64,000 nt of DNA from Octopus vulgaris. Its lineage: Eukaryota. Within the stretch, counting starts at the first letter, position 1, and each line of letters opens with the position of its first letter. A program made the translations under genes and the position numbers. Shown here piece after piece: positions 14,248 through 26,716 of this stretch. The stretch spans positions 29,140,001 to 29,204,000 of the forward strand of contig OX597817.1 in the NCBI GenBank assembly GCA_951406725.2. Reading direction: 5' to 3'. The notes below the pieces were generated by a model, which ran no database searches, was not told the origin of the DNA, and saw only the letters and a list, made by a program, of their open reading frames with translations.

Positions 14248-15126
14248 TACATGGTCTGATCAATAAGTATCTGGACTGTTGACATAGTTACAAAACTAAA
14301 GTACACAGAGTGAAGCTGCATGACACAGATTGACCTTGAACTCTGCTGTGCATGCACACTAAGTTTTAACATTCTAGCTCACTTCTGCTGTTTACAACAG
14401 TGCTTAGAAAGAAGGCGTGTAGTGTGTAATTGCTGCATTGACCATGGCAGAGAAAGTTGAGCAGAGAATCTGCATCAAATTTTGCCAAATGCTTGGTGAT
14501 ATCTGCTCAGAGGCCTATGCAAGGCTTTCAAAAAGATTTCATCATTCTCAACACAATCAAGGAGATCTTGTGCAACTGAAACCCAAGTGTCTTTTTGGTC
14601 AGCTGAAGACAGTTATAGCACAAACTTGGCAGATACACATCTCATACCCAAATCTTCAGTGATAATGGACTGAACCATAACTAAACTGCACATCCTCTGT
14701 AACTCACAGATGGTGATTCGATGATTTCTTCTCACAGTTGCATGCACATCTGCAATGTTTTTCTCAGTACTGCTGGTTGCAGGTCTCCCAGAATGTTCGT
14801 CAATATTGACTCTTTTTTTTTAGCCATCATGGAAACCTCTGAACCATTCATACACTTGTGTGCAGCTCATACACTCCTCTCCATACACTGTCGGCAACTT
14901 TGCATTGGCCTCTGAGCAGGTATCGCCATAACTTTCTCAGTCATGGTGAATGTGACACTCACATGCTACACACCTTCCTTCCAAGCAGCGGAAGTGAGCT
15001 AGAATGTCAAAACTTAGTACACATGCACAACAGAGTTCAAAGTCAATCTGTACCAAACAGCTTCACTCTGCATGCTTTAGCTCCATTACTATGACAAGTC
15101 TGGATACTTATTGACCAGACCTCATA
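14248..15126. mobile_element. Non-autonomous mariner derivative made of two inverted 5' ends
   Basis: TA-flanked ~30-bp TIRs (GGTCTGATCAATAAGTATCTGGACT / AGTCTGGATACTTATTGACCAGACC). The + strand encodes EQRICIKFCQMLGD; the - strand encodes broken transposase N-terminus pieces VYEWFRGF...SGRPATS...RITICEL...DLGMRCVSAKFV. Confidence 0.88.
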
Positions 15127-16580
15127 TATATATATATTAGTAAAGAAAAATATACTTCAGAATTTCCTTGTATGTTTTTGAAAATTAGTTGAGTATATAA
15201 CCGGATATTGCATTTGCAGCTAACGATAATGGGGTAATGGAACAACTCAGAGATAGCGTGTCTGATCCAGAGTGATTTTGATGAAGCTTTGATTTTGTTC
15301 TTTAATCACATATAATGGATATTGTGAATTAATAATAGTTCTTTATGAACTTTGTTAGTTGGAAACCCAGATAATGCAAATAACTATTTATTTTCTATCC
15401 AGTGTAAAACTTCTATACCATTTACAATAAAATGAGCTGGAATATAGGTCAGGAAGATGTAAAACTTTTCATTTAAGGTGATTAAGAATAGCTATAATGG
15501 AACATGTTAATAACTATGTGAGCATAAATATACTCTTCATCAGACACTTCTTTAAAAAACTAACAATACCCGAGATCGCTGCTTCTCCCAGGAATGCTCT
15601 GGTTTTGGTGGTTTATCTTTTCTCAAAATGATTGCAGCACTAAGAAAATTTGCCCTGGATTTTCAGCTGTAATATCTTGCTTTCTGAAAAGATATATAGA
15701 AAAGGATAACACAGGAAGAACAATGTTTGACAAATATGGTATTATTTTATGAAGAAAGAGAGTGTCTTAATGTTTTGAGTATTAATCCTTCATCAAAAGG
15801 AAAGAGAAACATTGGTGGAGTGAGAAGAAATATCTTTTTGCTGTTCTTTGCACTTGCTTTAAGAAGTCTGGAAGATATAAGTCGATTAAATTAACTTCAA
15901 AACACACTCTTACTTTACTTTTTTGAATGCAGAAGGATTCAGAGTATAGTTGACCTCAACAGATCTTGAACTCGGAATGCAAGAGGCCAGAACAAACACA
16001 GCCAAAAATTTTATTCAACATTTACAATTCTGACAAGCCTCTATTTATACAATCATGAAAATAATATTAAAAAAAAACCTACATAAATATAACCAGAGAA
16101 AAATTTTATATAAATCTTGTATCATAGGTATAAATAGGATAGAACACATATTAAATGAGGAGGGCTGAAAGCAATATTCTTTATATTTATCATTTTAAGC
16201 ATCCTTACAGTAAACCTAAATGAGTTTACTTATGCAGAATTGATTATGCGATATTCTCTGTCATATAACTTATAATTAATTTTAGACTCAACAGCTGTTT
16301 TCAATACATATATTGCTGGCTAGAGAATCTTTTTAATGTATGATTTGTAACCCAACAAATCTTGACAGAAAGAGCTAAATATGTTTACACATACAATATT
16401 TATTCATTTATAGCTTGTGTGATACAAGCAGTAATTAATTTCAACCACTTTCTATCCAAATTGATATCATTTTCTTGCCCACTATAATATGCGACAAAAT
16501 TGTAATATCCCAGTTGTTGATTATTCTTTCTTTTGAATCCCAATGACTTCCTAGTAGAATTTATTAAGTTTATTTATAAA

Positions 16581-16806
16581 TTAACCTATTATCATTTAAA
16601 CTGACCATATCTGGGCAAAATATTCAACATGCTTTATATTCAAACTGGTCATATTTGACCTCTTGTGCCTACCCTAGAATATCATTATAAAAATAAACAA
16701 TTCCATCAATGAAATCACAAAGCCACAAGATAATGTGTGATTAATTTAAAAGAATGTGAATAAATAAGCATTGCAATAGACAGTAATTTGAATGCTAAAG
16801 AGTTAA
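16581..16806. mobile_element. Older TTAA-flanked MITE of a different family
   Basis: TTAACCTATTATCATTT ... AATGCTAAAGAGTTAA; degenerate TIR; size similar to the 18.5-kb MITEs. Confidence 0.5.
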
Positions 16807-17304
16807 GTCTCCTCACATACCTACAAATAACTAAAACAAGCCGACACTTCTTTGACAAGCATATATCAAAGTTCCATATCTTTAGGCAAATTTGTATTTG
16901 AAAGAAAATTAACTTTTATCTGCTTGAAAGAAGGGATTTCTTGTCAAATTTAATATTTCTAATTGACTTCAAAGACGTTGATGATATTTTCCCCAATAAC
17001 ATATCTAGATGTTTTATAAATTTCATAAATCTCTGTAAAGAAACAAAGTCAGGTGTTTACAAAAACAGGAATATCTTTCATAAAACTGATGTCTACACAC
17101 TATTTTTGAAATTTTCTTTTTTCCTAAATAAGCAAGTCAAAAAGATATAATAATCATCTTTATTGTTCACATCACAATTTATGATGATTGTAGCACTGAA
17201 ACAAGACTTAATTACCACAAACAAACTAATAACTGAAGCAAGGTGTTGCACTCATACATACTCACTAACAGTTCTCCTCCTACTACTACTACTAATAATA
17301 ATAA

Positions 17305-17615
17305 TCATCATCATCATCATCATCGTTTAGCGTCCGCTTTCCATGCTGGCATGGGTTGGACGGTTCAACTGGGGTCTGGGAAGCCAGAAGGTTGCACCAG
17401 GCCCACTCTGATCTGGCAATGTTTCTACGGCTGGATGCCCTTCCTAATGCCAACCACTCCATTTAGTGTAGTGGGTGCTTTTTACGTGCCACCGGCACAG
17501 GTGCCAAACGAGGCTGGCAAACAGCCATGATCAGATGGTGCTTTTTACGTGCCACCGGCATGGAGGCCAGGCGAGGCTGGCAATGGCTACGATTGGATGG
17601 TGTTTTTTACATGCC
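17305..17615 (-). mobile_element. Family B element with internal 63-bp tandem units
   Basis: (CAT)n tail, GGATGCCCTTCCTAATGCCAACCAC core, GTGCTTTTTACGTGCC-type unit starts at 17475, 17538 and 17600. Confidence 0.85.
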
Positions 17616-17622
17616 AATAATG

Positions 17623-17661
<39 letters not shown>

Positions 17662-18503
17662 GTTCATTCTGGAGCTTCTTTGTGCTGGATATGCTGCTTC
17701 TCTAGTATACACAGTGATATGCAGTTGTAATGTGAGTAATTTTTCTCAGCATGCTACGAGTATGGAGAATGGTAAAGCTTGTTGAAAAGTGTTTTTTTTT
17801 TTTCTGTCAAGACATTATGGCTCTCCTGCTTATATGTATAACAGCACAACTTTTATATCTATATCTTGCATCCTTAATTGATAGCACTACCACTTTCAAT
17901 ACTGAACTGAAAGAAAGTCAACCAGCTATATAAACAAATGTATGAATAAGAACATACTGAATGGCAGCCAGATTTGTATTGGCTACAGCTTACAAGAGGG
18001 GAAATTTCAATTCTTCCGGGGATACATTGTCTGAGAGCTGAGTATCACATGCTGAAATTGACATGCATCTATAAAAAGCAGAGCTGGTTTTATATTTACT
18101 GACTGGTCAATTGTTAATGGATATACAATATGGGTAGTTAGCATATACAACATGTAAATATTCATGATCTCCTTTAGCTTTCGGGTCATTAGAGATCATG
18201 TTAAATTTTGACCAAATGCTTTCCTGTATTTGATCATAAGTTGGCTTAATCTGTAAAGACTCTCTCGTTTTACTTTCAGATATCTAGGACTATATTACTC
18301 TAGATGTCATCCATTTTAAAGCAACAATGTGTGAATTTAAGTCACTGCTATTTCTAGTAAATTGAAGGACCATTCCTTGTGTGTGCTTGTCATGTAAATG
18401 TGTTTGAGCAAGTTCCCATTTTAGGATATCTTGCAACACAGCATTTTCCATTTTATATAATAATTTGAAGCAGATCCATTCAACCTAGAAAAAAAATGTT
18501 TAA

Positions 18504-18723
18504 CCCTTTCGTTACCAACCCGCCTGAAACCGGCTCTGGTTCTGAGTACAAATGTCTTGTTTGCATTAGTTTTAAATTAAAATCTTCCACCAAACCTTAG
18601 TCACAATTTATGTTCCTAACACTAGCTTAATGATTACTAAGTTATTTTTCTAAATTCTTTGTTATATTTAAAGTAATTGAAAGAAACACTGATCATCTCA
18701 AAATAAATACAGTAACGAAAGGG
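18504..18723. mobile_element. TTAA-flanked piggyBac-type MITE, copy 1
   Basis: TTAA|CCCTTTCGTTAC ... GTAACGAAAGGG|TTAA; perfect 12-bp TIR; 220 bp. Confidence 0.88.
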
Positions 18724-18727
18724 TTAA

Positions 18728-18949
18728 CCCTTTCATTACCATATTTCTGTTGAGATACTCTGTGTTTCTTTCAATTAATTTTTAAATATAACAAAGAATT
18801 ATTAAAATAATGTAGTCATCGTTAAGCCAGTGTTAGGAACATAAACTGTGACTAAGGTTTGGTGGAAGATTTTAATTCAGATCTTTTGAAAACAAGACAT
18901 TTGTATTACAGAGCCAGAGGCGGTTTCAGGCGGGTTGGTATCAAAAGGG
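18728..18949. mobile_element. TTAA-flanked piggyBac-type MITE, copy 2, inverted relative to copy 1
   Basis: TTAA|CCCTTTCATTACC ... GGTATCAAAAGGG|TTAA; the body is the reverse complement of 18504-18723. Confidence 0.88.
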
Positions 18950-19237
18950 TTAAACTATAAGGATGATGATTTTTAACTTCTTGTCATATTACCAGCATAA
19001 GAAAGTACTTCTTTCCATATAATTATCTGTTTTTCCACTCCTACATTTCTGTCTTTCACTTTCACACATGTACTCATAAAGTCTCGCTCACACAGTACTT
19101 GACTTTGAGTTTTCAACTTTTTTAGTGTTTATTGAGAAATTTATGGGAAAATATTAATAGGCACTAAATATTTCAGAATATATTACACATTCCTAAATTC
19201 ATTATGAATCAGCGTGTATAAGTGATTTTATGTTTGT

Positions 19238-19270
<33 letters not shown>

Positions 19271-19480
19271 TTCGATGTGCAAAAATGAATGTGTGTGTGT
19301 GTTTTATAAATTCTCATATCACTTGTTTCTTTGAGCATATGTATTTATGTTTAAGTGATGAATATTTGTTTTATACATTCTCAGTTTACATTCCTAACGA
19401 TCTTAATGCCAATTTAAAGCATCACAGTGGTGTGTGTTTGTGTATATATGAATGTTTGTGTATGTGTGTGTATGTATATA

Positions 19481-19526
<46 letters not shown>

Positions 19527-20139
19527 TGTGTGTGTTTATGTCTGTGTATATGTCTATATATACATGTGTGTGTGTCTATAGATATTAATTTTATTGTCAG
19601 TAATGTGCTGTTTTTGTATATGGATCTTTATTTTTATTCCTGTGGTGTTGTACTTTTCTGGATTTTTAACCAATCTTCCCATTAACGAAAGGCATGATTT
19701 CACTTCTTTGTTAATATTTATACTCTTCTGAACTGACAAATCAGATTTATTGTTTTCCTGTATCTGATTGTCTCGGGGTTGTTTCTCTTTTATTTCCTTT
19801 TATTCATGCCTCAAACAATTACCAATTTATGCTTATGATATTCTAAATGTCTCTTTGCTTAAGCTAAATAAATTTTTAAATAGCTGTAAAGATAATTTAT
19901 TGGACTGCTATCTACATAGAAATGAGTTAAAAAATTACAACTACAACCATTATGTTGCACTTTTACCCCTCTCTATGTTTCTTGTTATCAAATGTTTCAT
20001 TTCTTACTAGTTAATAGCTGGAAATGCATCTACCTGTAAAAAAAAATTTACTTCAACAAAAATCTACCTATGTATTTTCTGGAAAATTGCATGTAGCATT
20101 ACAGAACAAAAGCAATGATGCATTAAAAAGCTTTTATAT

Positions 20140-20887
20140 TGCTAAAGGAGCACTCCGTCGGTTACGACGACAAGGGTCCCAGCTGGTACGATCAACTGAA
20201 CAGTTTGCTCATAAAATTAACATAAAATTAAGGCGCAGGAGTGGCTGTGTGGTAAGTAGCTTGCTAACCAACCACATGGTTCCGGGTTCAGTCCCACTGC
20301 GTGGCATTTGGGGCAAGTGTCTTCTGCTATAGCCTCGGGCCGACCAAAGCCTTGTGAGTGGATTTGGTAGACGGAAACTGAAAGAAGCCTGTCGTATATA
20401 TGTATATATATATATGTGTGTGTGTATGTTTGTGTGTCTGTGTTTGTCACCCTAGCATCGCTTGACAACCGATGCTGGTGTGTTTATGTCCCCGTTACTT
20501 AGTGGTTCGGCAAAAGAGACCGATAGAATAAGTACTGGGCTTACAAAGAATAAGTCCCGGGGTCGATTTGCTCGACTAAAGGCGGTGCTCCAGCATGGCT
20601 GCAGTCAAATGACTGAAACAAGTAAAAGAGTAAAGAGTGCAAGTGGCTGAGCAATCTACTGACATGTTTACCCTTAATGTAGTTCTCAGGGAGATTCAGC
20701 ATGACACAGAGTGTGACGAGGCTGGCCCTTTGACATACAGGTACAACTCATTTTTGCCAGCTGAGTAGACTGGAGCAACCGAAAATAAAGCGTCTTGCTC
20801 CAGGACTCAACACGTCACCAGGAATTGAACTCATGACCTTACAATCGTGAGTCGAATGCCCTAACCACTAAGTCACATGCCTTCACC
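20140..20887 (-). mobile_element. CORE-like tRNA SINE (family D), split by the family-A insertion at 20232-20637
   Basis: Minus-strand head GTGAAGGCATGTGACTTAGTGGTTAGG...GAGTTCAATTCC, then CCTGGAGCAAGACGCTTTATTT...GCTCCAGTCTACTCAGCTGGCAAAAATGAG, resembling the CORE domain. Related heads at 58165-58400 (-), 59250-59512 (-) and 62235-62590 (+). Confidence 0.72.
20232..20637 (+). mobile_element. tRNA-derived SINE, family A, full length, inserted in a family-D SINE
   Basis: A-box/B-box-like head, internal microsatellite and AAGAGT-type tail. Highly similar to 7+ other copies in the window. Confidence 0.9.
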
Positions 20888-22305
20888 TATATTGCTAATA
20901 CTTCAATAAAATCTAAGAGTATGACAACATTTAATTTATTTTAGCCTAAGTATAAAACGTTTTTATTTCTAATGAAGTTATCCAAGATCCTCATTTAATA
21001 TTATTGCAGAATGCTATGTTAATCCTTTTCTGCAAGGATTATATCCTTATCTGGATGGAAATACTTTCAAAAAAAGCTCTTGCCTGTAGCTCCATGGATA
21101 TTTCCCATCAAACAAATATAGGAATCACTTAAATTGGTTGTACTAATCAAAAAGCCGTTGTATGTATTTCATTTAATTAAGGGAGGAGGGGACTATCAAA
21201 TGTTTCTATACTTCATCAATAAATTAGTGAAGTTTGAAATTTCTTCTATTATGTATGGCTTTTGAAACTATATTGCATATGGAAACATTACTATGACCGT
21301 TGGATGTGTGTGCATAATGTTTATTATATCAAAAGTTGACAATCTACTCAGAGTGTCGTCCCAGGATGAATAGACTGTCAAGTATTGATATAATAACACA
21401 TCTATCCACTCTACCTAATGTATTGCGTTCTATCCCATGTTATGTTTGCACTACTCACATTACAATATATGTGTGTGTGTATAAAAGTAGTTTCATAAAG
21501 TTAGATATATATCCTGACTTTCATACATAACTAAAAATGTATTCACATAGGAGTGTGCATGTGTTTGTACGGACATATATTTAGAGTGTGGCTTACATAT
21601 AAATGCTTAGATATATAGATACATCTCAGTTTAATTACAATGACTTCTATGCATACAAATATATCTATGAAATTGTACACACACACTCTTTCTCTCTCGT
21701 GCACAACATCGATGTATACAAAATAAAACTTTTCTATTAAGGAAGTATTTGTATGTTATCCAATATATGCTAGAAATTAATTCCCAGAAATTCTCATATG
21801 AAACTATAAATTAACTGTCTACAGCTGTTAATATTTCCAGAACCACTCCTACTTCCTGATTCTTTTATACTGAACATTGCTGCCAATATTTAATCCCCCA
21901 CCCCCCAACCATCTTTTCTTTTTGTCCTTTGCTCAAACTGGATAAAGCAAAGCAAACTGAAATATTATGTTTGCTCTACAATAAAAAAGTTGTTAATGCA
22001 TTGATGGGTGCAAATAATTTCCTCCCCTTTTAGAACCACATTCTATTTTTCAATGACCCGTTTCAGCTCCTATACGCAGTTCACAGTGATAGCAGTCAGT
22101 CATAAAAATGCTAATTCTGCCACCAGGATGTTAGACTTCAATAAGCTGATTGTAAAAACTCAACTGAGCATTTCTTTATTGCATAAACACTGTTGGTGTT
22201 AAGCTACCACTCTTGGCTACCCATCACTTGAAAAGCCTAACCCCTGCTGGGATTTCTCAATTACAGTTTCTCAATATAAACAATGTGTATAATACTGTGA
22301 ATTTG

Positions 22306-22337
<32 letters not shown>

Positions 22338-25300
22338 CATTGCAATACAAACATAGGGAGAGAAAAATAGAGAATGAGAAAGAAGAGGGGTTGTGATTTT
22401 GTAATAAAGATTGATTGGAATGGTTGGAAAATGTGAGATGTAAAGACTATTTTTTAATTTTCGCCATGTGATCAATCAGATGTGATTAGTTACAGAATGT
22501 TTGTAGACTGGTGCCAAATAAAAATTCACTATTGCACTATTTAAAGGGAAATATGCTGTTATACTTATATCTATTACATGGGAGTGGAATTAGTGTTTCC
22601 GGAAAGAAGAAAAAAAAAAAAAACTATGAATAATTGAGCTTTTCCTTGTCAAAAACTGATCATGATGTTTTTAGTTTATAAAACCATTACAGATGGGTTT
22701 TTTCTTCTTTTTTTAATCATAAACCATGCTTTGTAGTCATGTGTGAAGTAACTGTACAGCATTTGCACTGTTTCTATGAGAAACAGAAAAGGGAGGTGGA
22801 GAGAGAGAGAGAGAGAGAGAGGTTTTTAACTGCCAGTAGAATTTTATTTGTGTAACTTTCAACCTGAAACTGTGTGGGTTCGTTGAATGGAGGTCACTGC
22901 GAGCAATGGTGTGAAGCAAGCATGACGTCTTACAACTGACTAAGCACTGCATGGTGCTAAGTGTTGGAGACTTTTAATTTCTTTATCCTCTGCAGTTAAC
23001 CAAACATTGGCAAGGTTCACTAACTCTTCTCTTTTATTTCATTCATCCCACACATCACTGACTTAAGAACATACACACACACACACACACATACAGAAAA
23101 TGACAAAGTAGAAACAGAGTTGTCGGCAGGGTTTCTATTAATTAAAAACTGTTAAGTTGCAAGAGTATTGCAATCACTGCACATTAATGCAAATGGAGAA
23201 AGAAAACACAAAAAGTTAATAATATTTTTCCTCATTGTTTTATATTTTTACCTTTATTTGAAAAGTTTGAGACATCTTTTAAAGATGAAAGACAAAAGCA
23301 GTAAATATGCTGCCTTAACCATTAATGAATGTAGCTGCTGTTTATGGTGTTTATTTGTATTTCTGTGGCATAACAACTTGGAATAATAAGACAATAAATG
23401 TAAACTGGGTTTTATGAGAAAGGTTTTGTTGCTAAAACTTATCTGTAGAAGACTATTGAAATTGAAAGAAAAAATATCATACTTTTCTGTAGGAAAGTAG
23501 TAAAACTAACACCAGAAGTAACATATCAGCCGCATTATCAAAGACAACTGTTCCAGTGTTTTGAAAAAAAGCTGATTAAGAAAAACTTTTGGAACATTTT
23601 CAAAACATTACCTACAAGTGGTCTTATAGTTTCACTGCATCATCATGCATACACATGTGTGTGTGTGTAATACCTTTTATCTGGTTAGAAATGCTAGTTA
23701 AATTTTTATTTGATTTATCATAAAGATTTCTTTGAAATAGTCTCAGGGCCAATTTTAAATAAAGTTGTAATTATAGTTGACTGACTGGATTAACATTTTA
23801 ATTCTGTAGAAATTAAAGTTAAAATAATCTCATGTGAGATTAGAACAGAAATCTTGAAAGTAAACTGAAAGTAGTTTGTCTTGCAGGATTCTACTACATG
23901 TCCCTACATACATAGAAATGAAATTTTATTTCTTTAAGTTTTCACAATTATTCCCAAATGAATCATCAAAAATGTATGAGATGACTATTATTTTACAGTT
24001 AGTAAAATAAATGTTTTAGAACAGTTTTATTTTCTAATTTGAAATTAAGCTGTAAGCTGGTTTAACCTGGCATTTAGGCACCTTTAGCAAGCATTTGAAC
24101 CAAGTACTCTCGCCTCAGTACATATCAATATCTTGATGTACTACTTCATACTATAGTAAAACAAATCAGTTTTTTTTTTGTGTGTGTGTGTGTTTTTTAA
24201 TCTATCTCCAATCTTGGAGGCTCTTCTAAGGTAATGGACATTTCCATTTCTCCTCTGACTAAACCATTAAAAGAAAAAAATTATCTGAAATTATTAATAC
24301 AGTATCATTTCTGATAAGCTGTTCTTTTTGTTATTATTTTAGAAATTTCCTTAAGTAGTTTATTAACTACTTTGTGTCCAAGTGCAATATGCTAAACATT
24401 TAGTTGTCAACATGTGACAAAATTATATCTTCTATTTTATCCATCAACTCAATGAAAATGGAAGCTGTGAACTTGGAGATATATTTATTACATTCAAAGC
24501 AATAAAATGGGTAAATAGCAAGATTTAGTAAAAGTGTCCATAGGAATGAAGTCTTCTTCAAAAGATATAAGTAATAACAGTTTTGTTTTATCTAGAATTC
24601 TTCAATAAATAATATAGGTTTCATAGACTTAGAGAAAGGAAATAAAGTGTTTTCAATTTAGCATGCCGATTGGTCTTAGCTTCCAGCCTTGGGCATACTA
24701 ATCTACTTCCACTCCACAGTCTTTTCTTCTGATATTGACTATGAAGAGGTTTTGGTAAGATTTTTTTTTATCAAGATTTTTATCTTTTGTATTGTAGAAT
24801 CTTCATTTTCATTACAGTAATCTGGTGCTTCAGTTCCTGTTTATACTACTGAGGATGCATAAATTGTATATCTTTTGTCATTATGTTGTGTTTTCCTTAC
24901 CATTGGTTTGCTGCTATTCTTTATTAGATAATTTTTCTGATCCTACAGAAGCTATTTTATAAATAACTTTCTAATTGCAGTGGTTTCATGCCTTCTTCTG
25001 TTCATAATCAATATTTTCTTGGTGTCTGCTCTTACTTTCTTGATTTATCTATCTATTTTCTCCACTTAATTCCAGTTTAGTTCGTTGTAACAGTAGCATA
25101 TTAGTGGAACAACCAAAGCTTTGATGTCTCCTATTTTATTATTAACATTTCTGCTTTAAAAGTTGGTCAAATGTATCTTTAATATTTATTCTTTCTAACT
25201 TTTTCATTCAGTTGTGGATATTATGCTATCTGTCTCATTCTATTTTCACTGTTTCACTATCATGCAAGATATACAGCAAAAGATTTTGTGAGTTTTCTTC

Positions 25301-26290
25301 TTAGAAAGAAAATCTATTTTGAAGCATTAATTCCTTATTACTTGTATTGACATCCATCAGTCTCTCTTACAATCACTTATCCTTACTGAGATACATCATT
25401 CTCTCTTACCTTCATCCGTCTTTTTTTTTCCTATCCATCACTCCCACACATTACTTTCTGTATCACTCGTTGTTGACATATATAAGTATCTCCTTCCCAT
25501 TACACTTCTTTTCTCTTTTCTGTTACTCTTTTTACGACCACTCTGTCTCTCTTTCCCCATCACTCTACTCCTACTGTTTTTCTATTCATTCTCCTTACTA
25601 ACAACCAAATGTAGCTTCCTATCACTGTCTCTCTTCTATTACTACCTCCTCTACTTCCCTTTCTGGCTTGTACCCCTTCCCCCTTAGTGTAATCACTCTT
25701 CTATCCCTAACTCATTTACTCATCTTGTCAGTCATACTGCCTTGAATGAATTCAGATAATGTTGAATACAGAAGATTCTTTAGTGTTGCTGGGGACAAGA
25801 CAATATCTTTAGTGCTAGTATTATAATACACTGCATTTAATAGTCTGTAAAGTGCTTAGCAAAAGAGCAATGTACAGTAGAGAGGACCCTGTAGTTTTGC
25901 TGTGGACAAGACAACTATCTTAGTGCCAATGCCACAATGATATGCACTTAGTACACTCTGTAAAGTAGTTGATGTTAGAAAGGGCATCCAGTCATTACAA
26001 CTGTGAAGATGGAATATATGAGGAAGACATGATTCCCTCTCCCAACTCATCAGTAGCACCCAAATAAGGACTGACTTGGACTGTGACTATTCATGCACAG
26101 GTGCCAGGGGACGCTGGCAACGGCCATGATCGGTTGGTGGTTTTTACATACATATATATATATATGTGTGTGTGTGAGTGTGTATATATCTGGCTTGAAC
26201 CTGGTGCAGCCTCCTGGCTTCCCAGACCCCAGTCGAACCGTCCAACACATGCCAGTATGGAAAATGGACATTAATGACGATGATGATATA

Positions 26291-26329
<39 letters not shown>

Positions 26330-26398
26330 GTAGGTCCCGGGTTGAATCGGGGTTAACCACAGTAAGTAAGGTACTCAATACATAGCAGAGTAAAATTA

Positions 26399-26539
26399 AT
26401 TTATTATATAGAAGGAGCTTCTACAGGACTAGTACTGTTTCATTCAAGAGAAATCTTCAGGAAGCCTGAAGATTCTCTTGAAGATTTCTCTTGAATGAAA
26501 CAGTACTAGTCCTGTAGAAGCTCCTTCTATATAATAAAT
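26399..26539. repeat. Perfect 61-bp inverted repeat, 19-nt spacer
   Basis: 26399-26459 is the exact reverse complement of 26479-26539. Confidence 0.95.
26416..26466 (-). ncRNA. Type-I hammerhead ribozyme motif (Penelope-terminus type)
   Basis: Minus strand GGCTTC-CTGAAGA-TTTCTCTTGAAT-GAA-ACAG-TACTAGTC-CTGT-A-GAAGCT: stem I GGCUUC/GAAGCU, stem II UUC/GAA, stem III ACAG/CUGU, cleavage triplet GUA. Confidence 0.72.
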
Positions 26540-26540
26540 A

Positions 26541-26571
<31 letters not shown>

Positions 26572-26716
26572 TACACGCATATATGTGTATGTATATACAT
26601 ACACGTATGTATATACATATATATGCATGTACATATGCATATATATATATATAAAGGAATACAAAAAATGGGACAGTGCGTGTATATATACACATATATG
26701 TATATATATATCCATA

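Noticed and set aside
20232-20310. tRNA gene
   Set aside because: The A/B-box-like head continues into SINE body and tail in every copy, with no complete cloverleaf; the same applies to family C and D heads.
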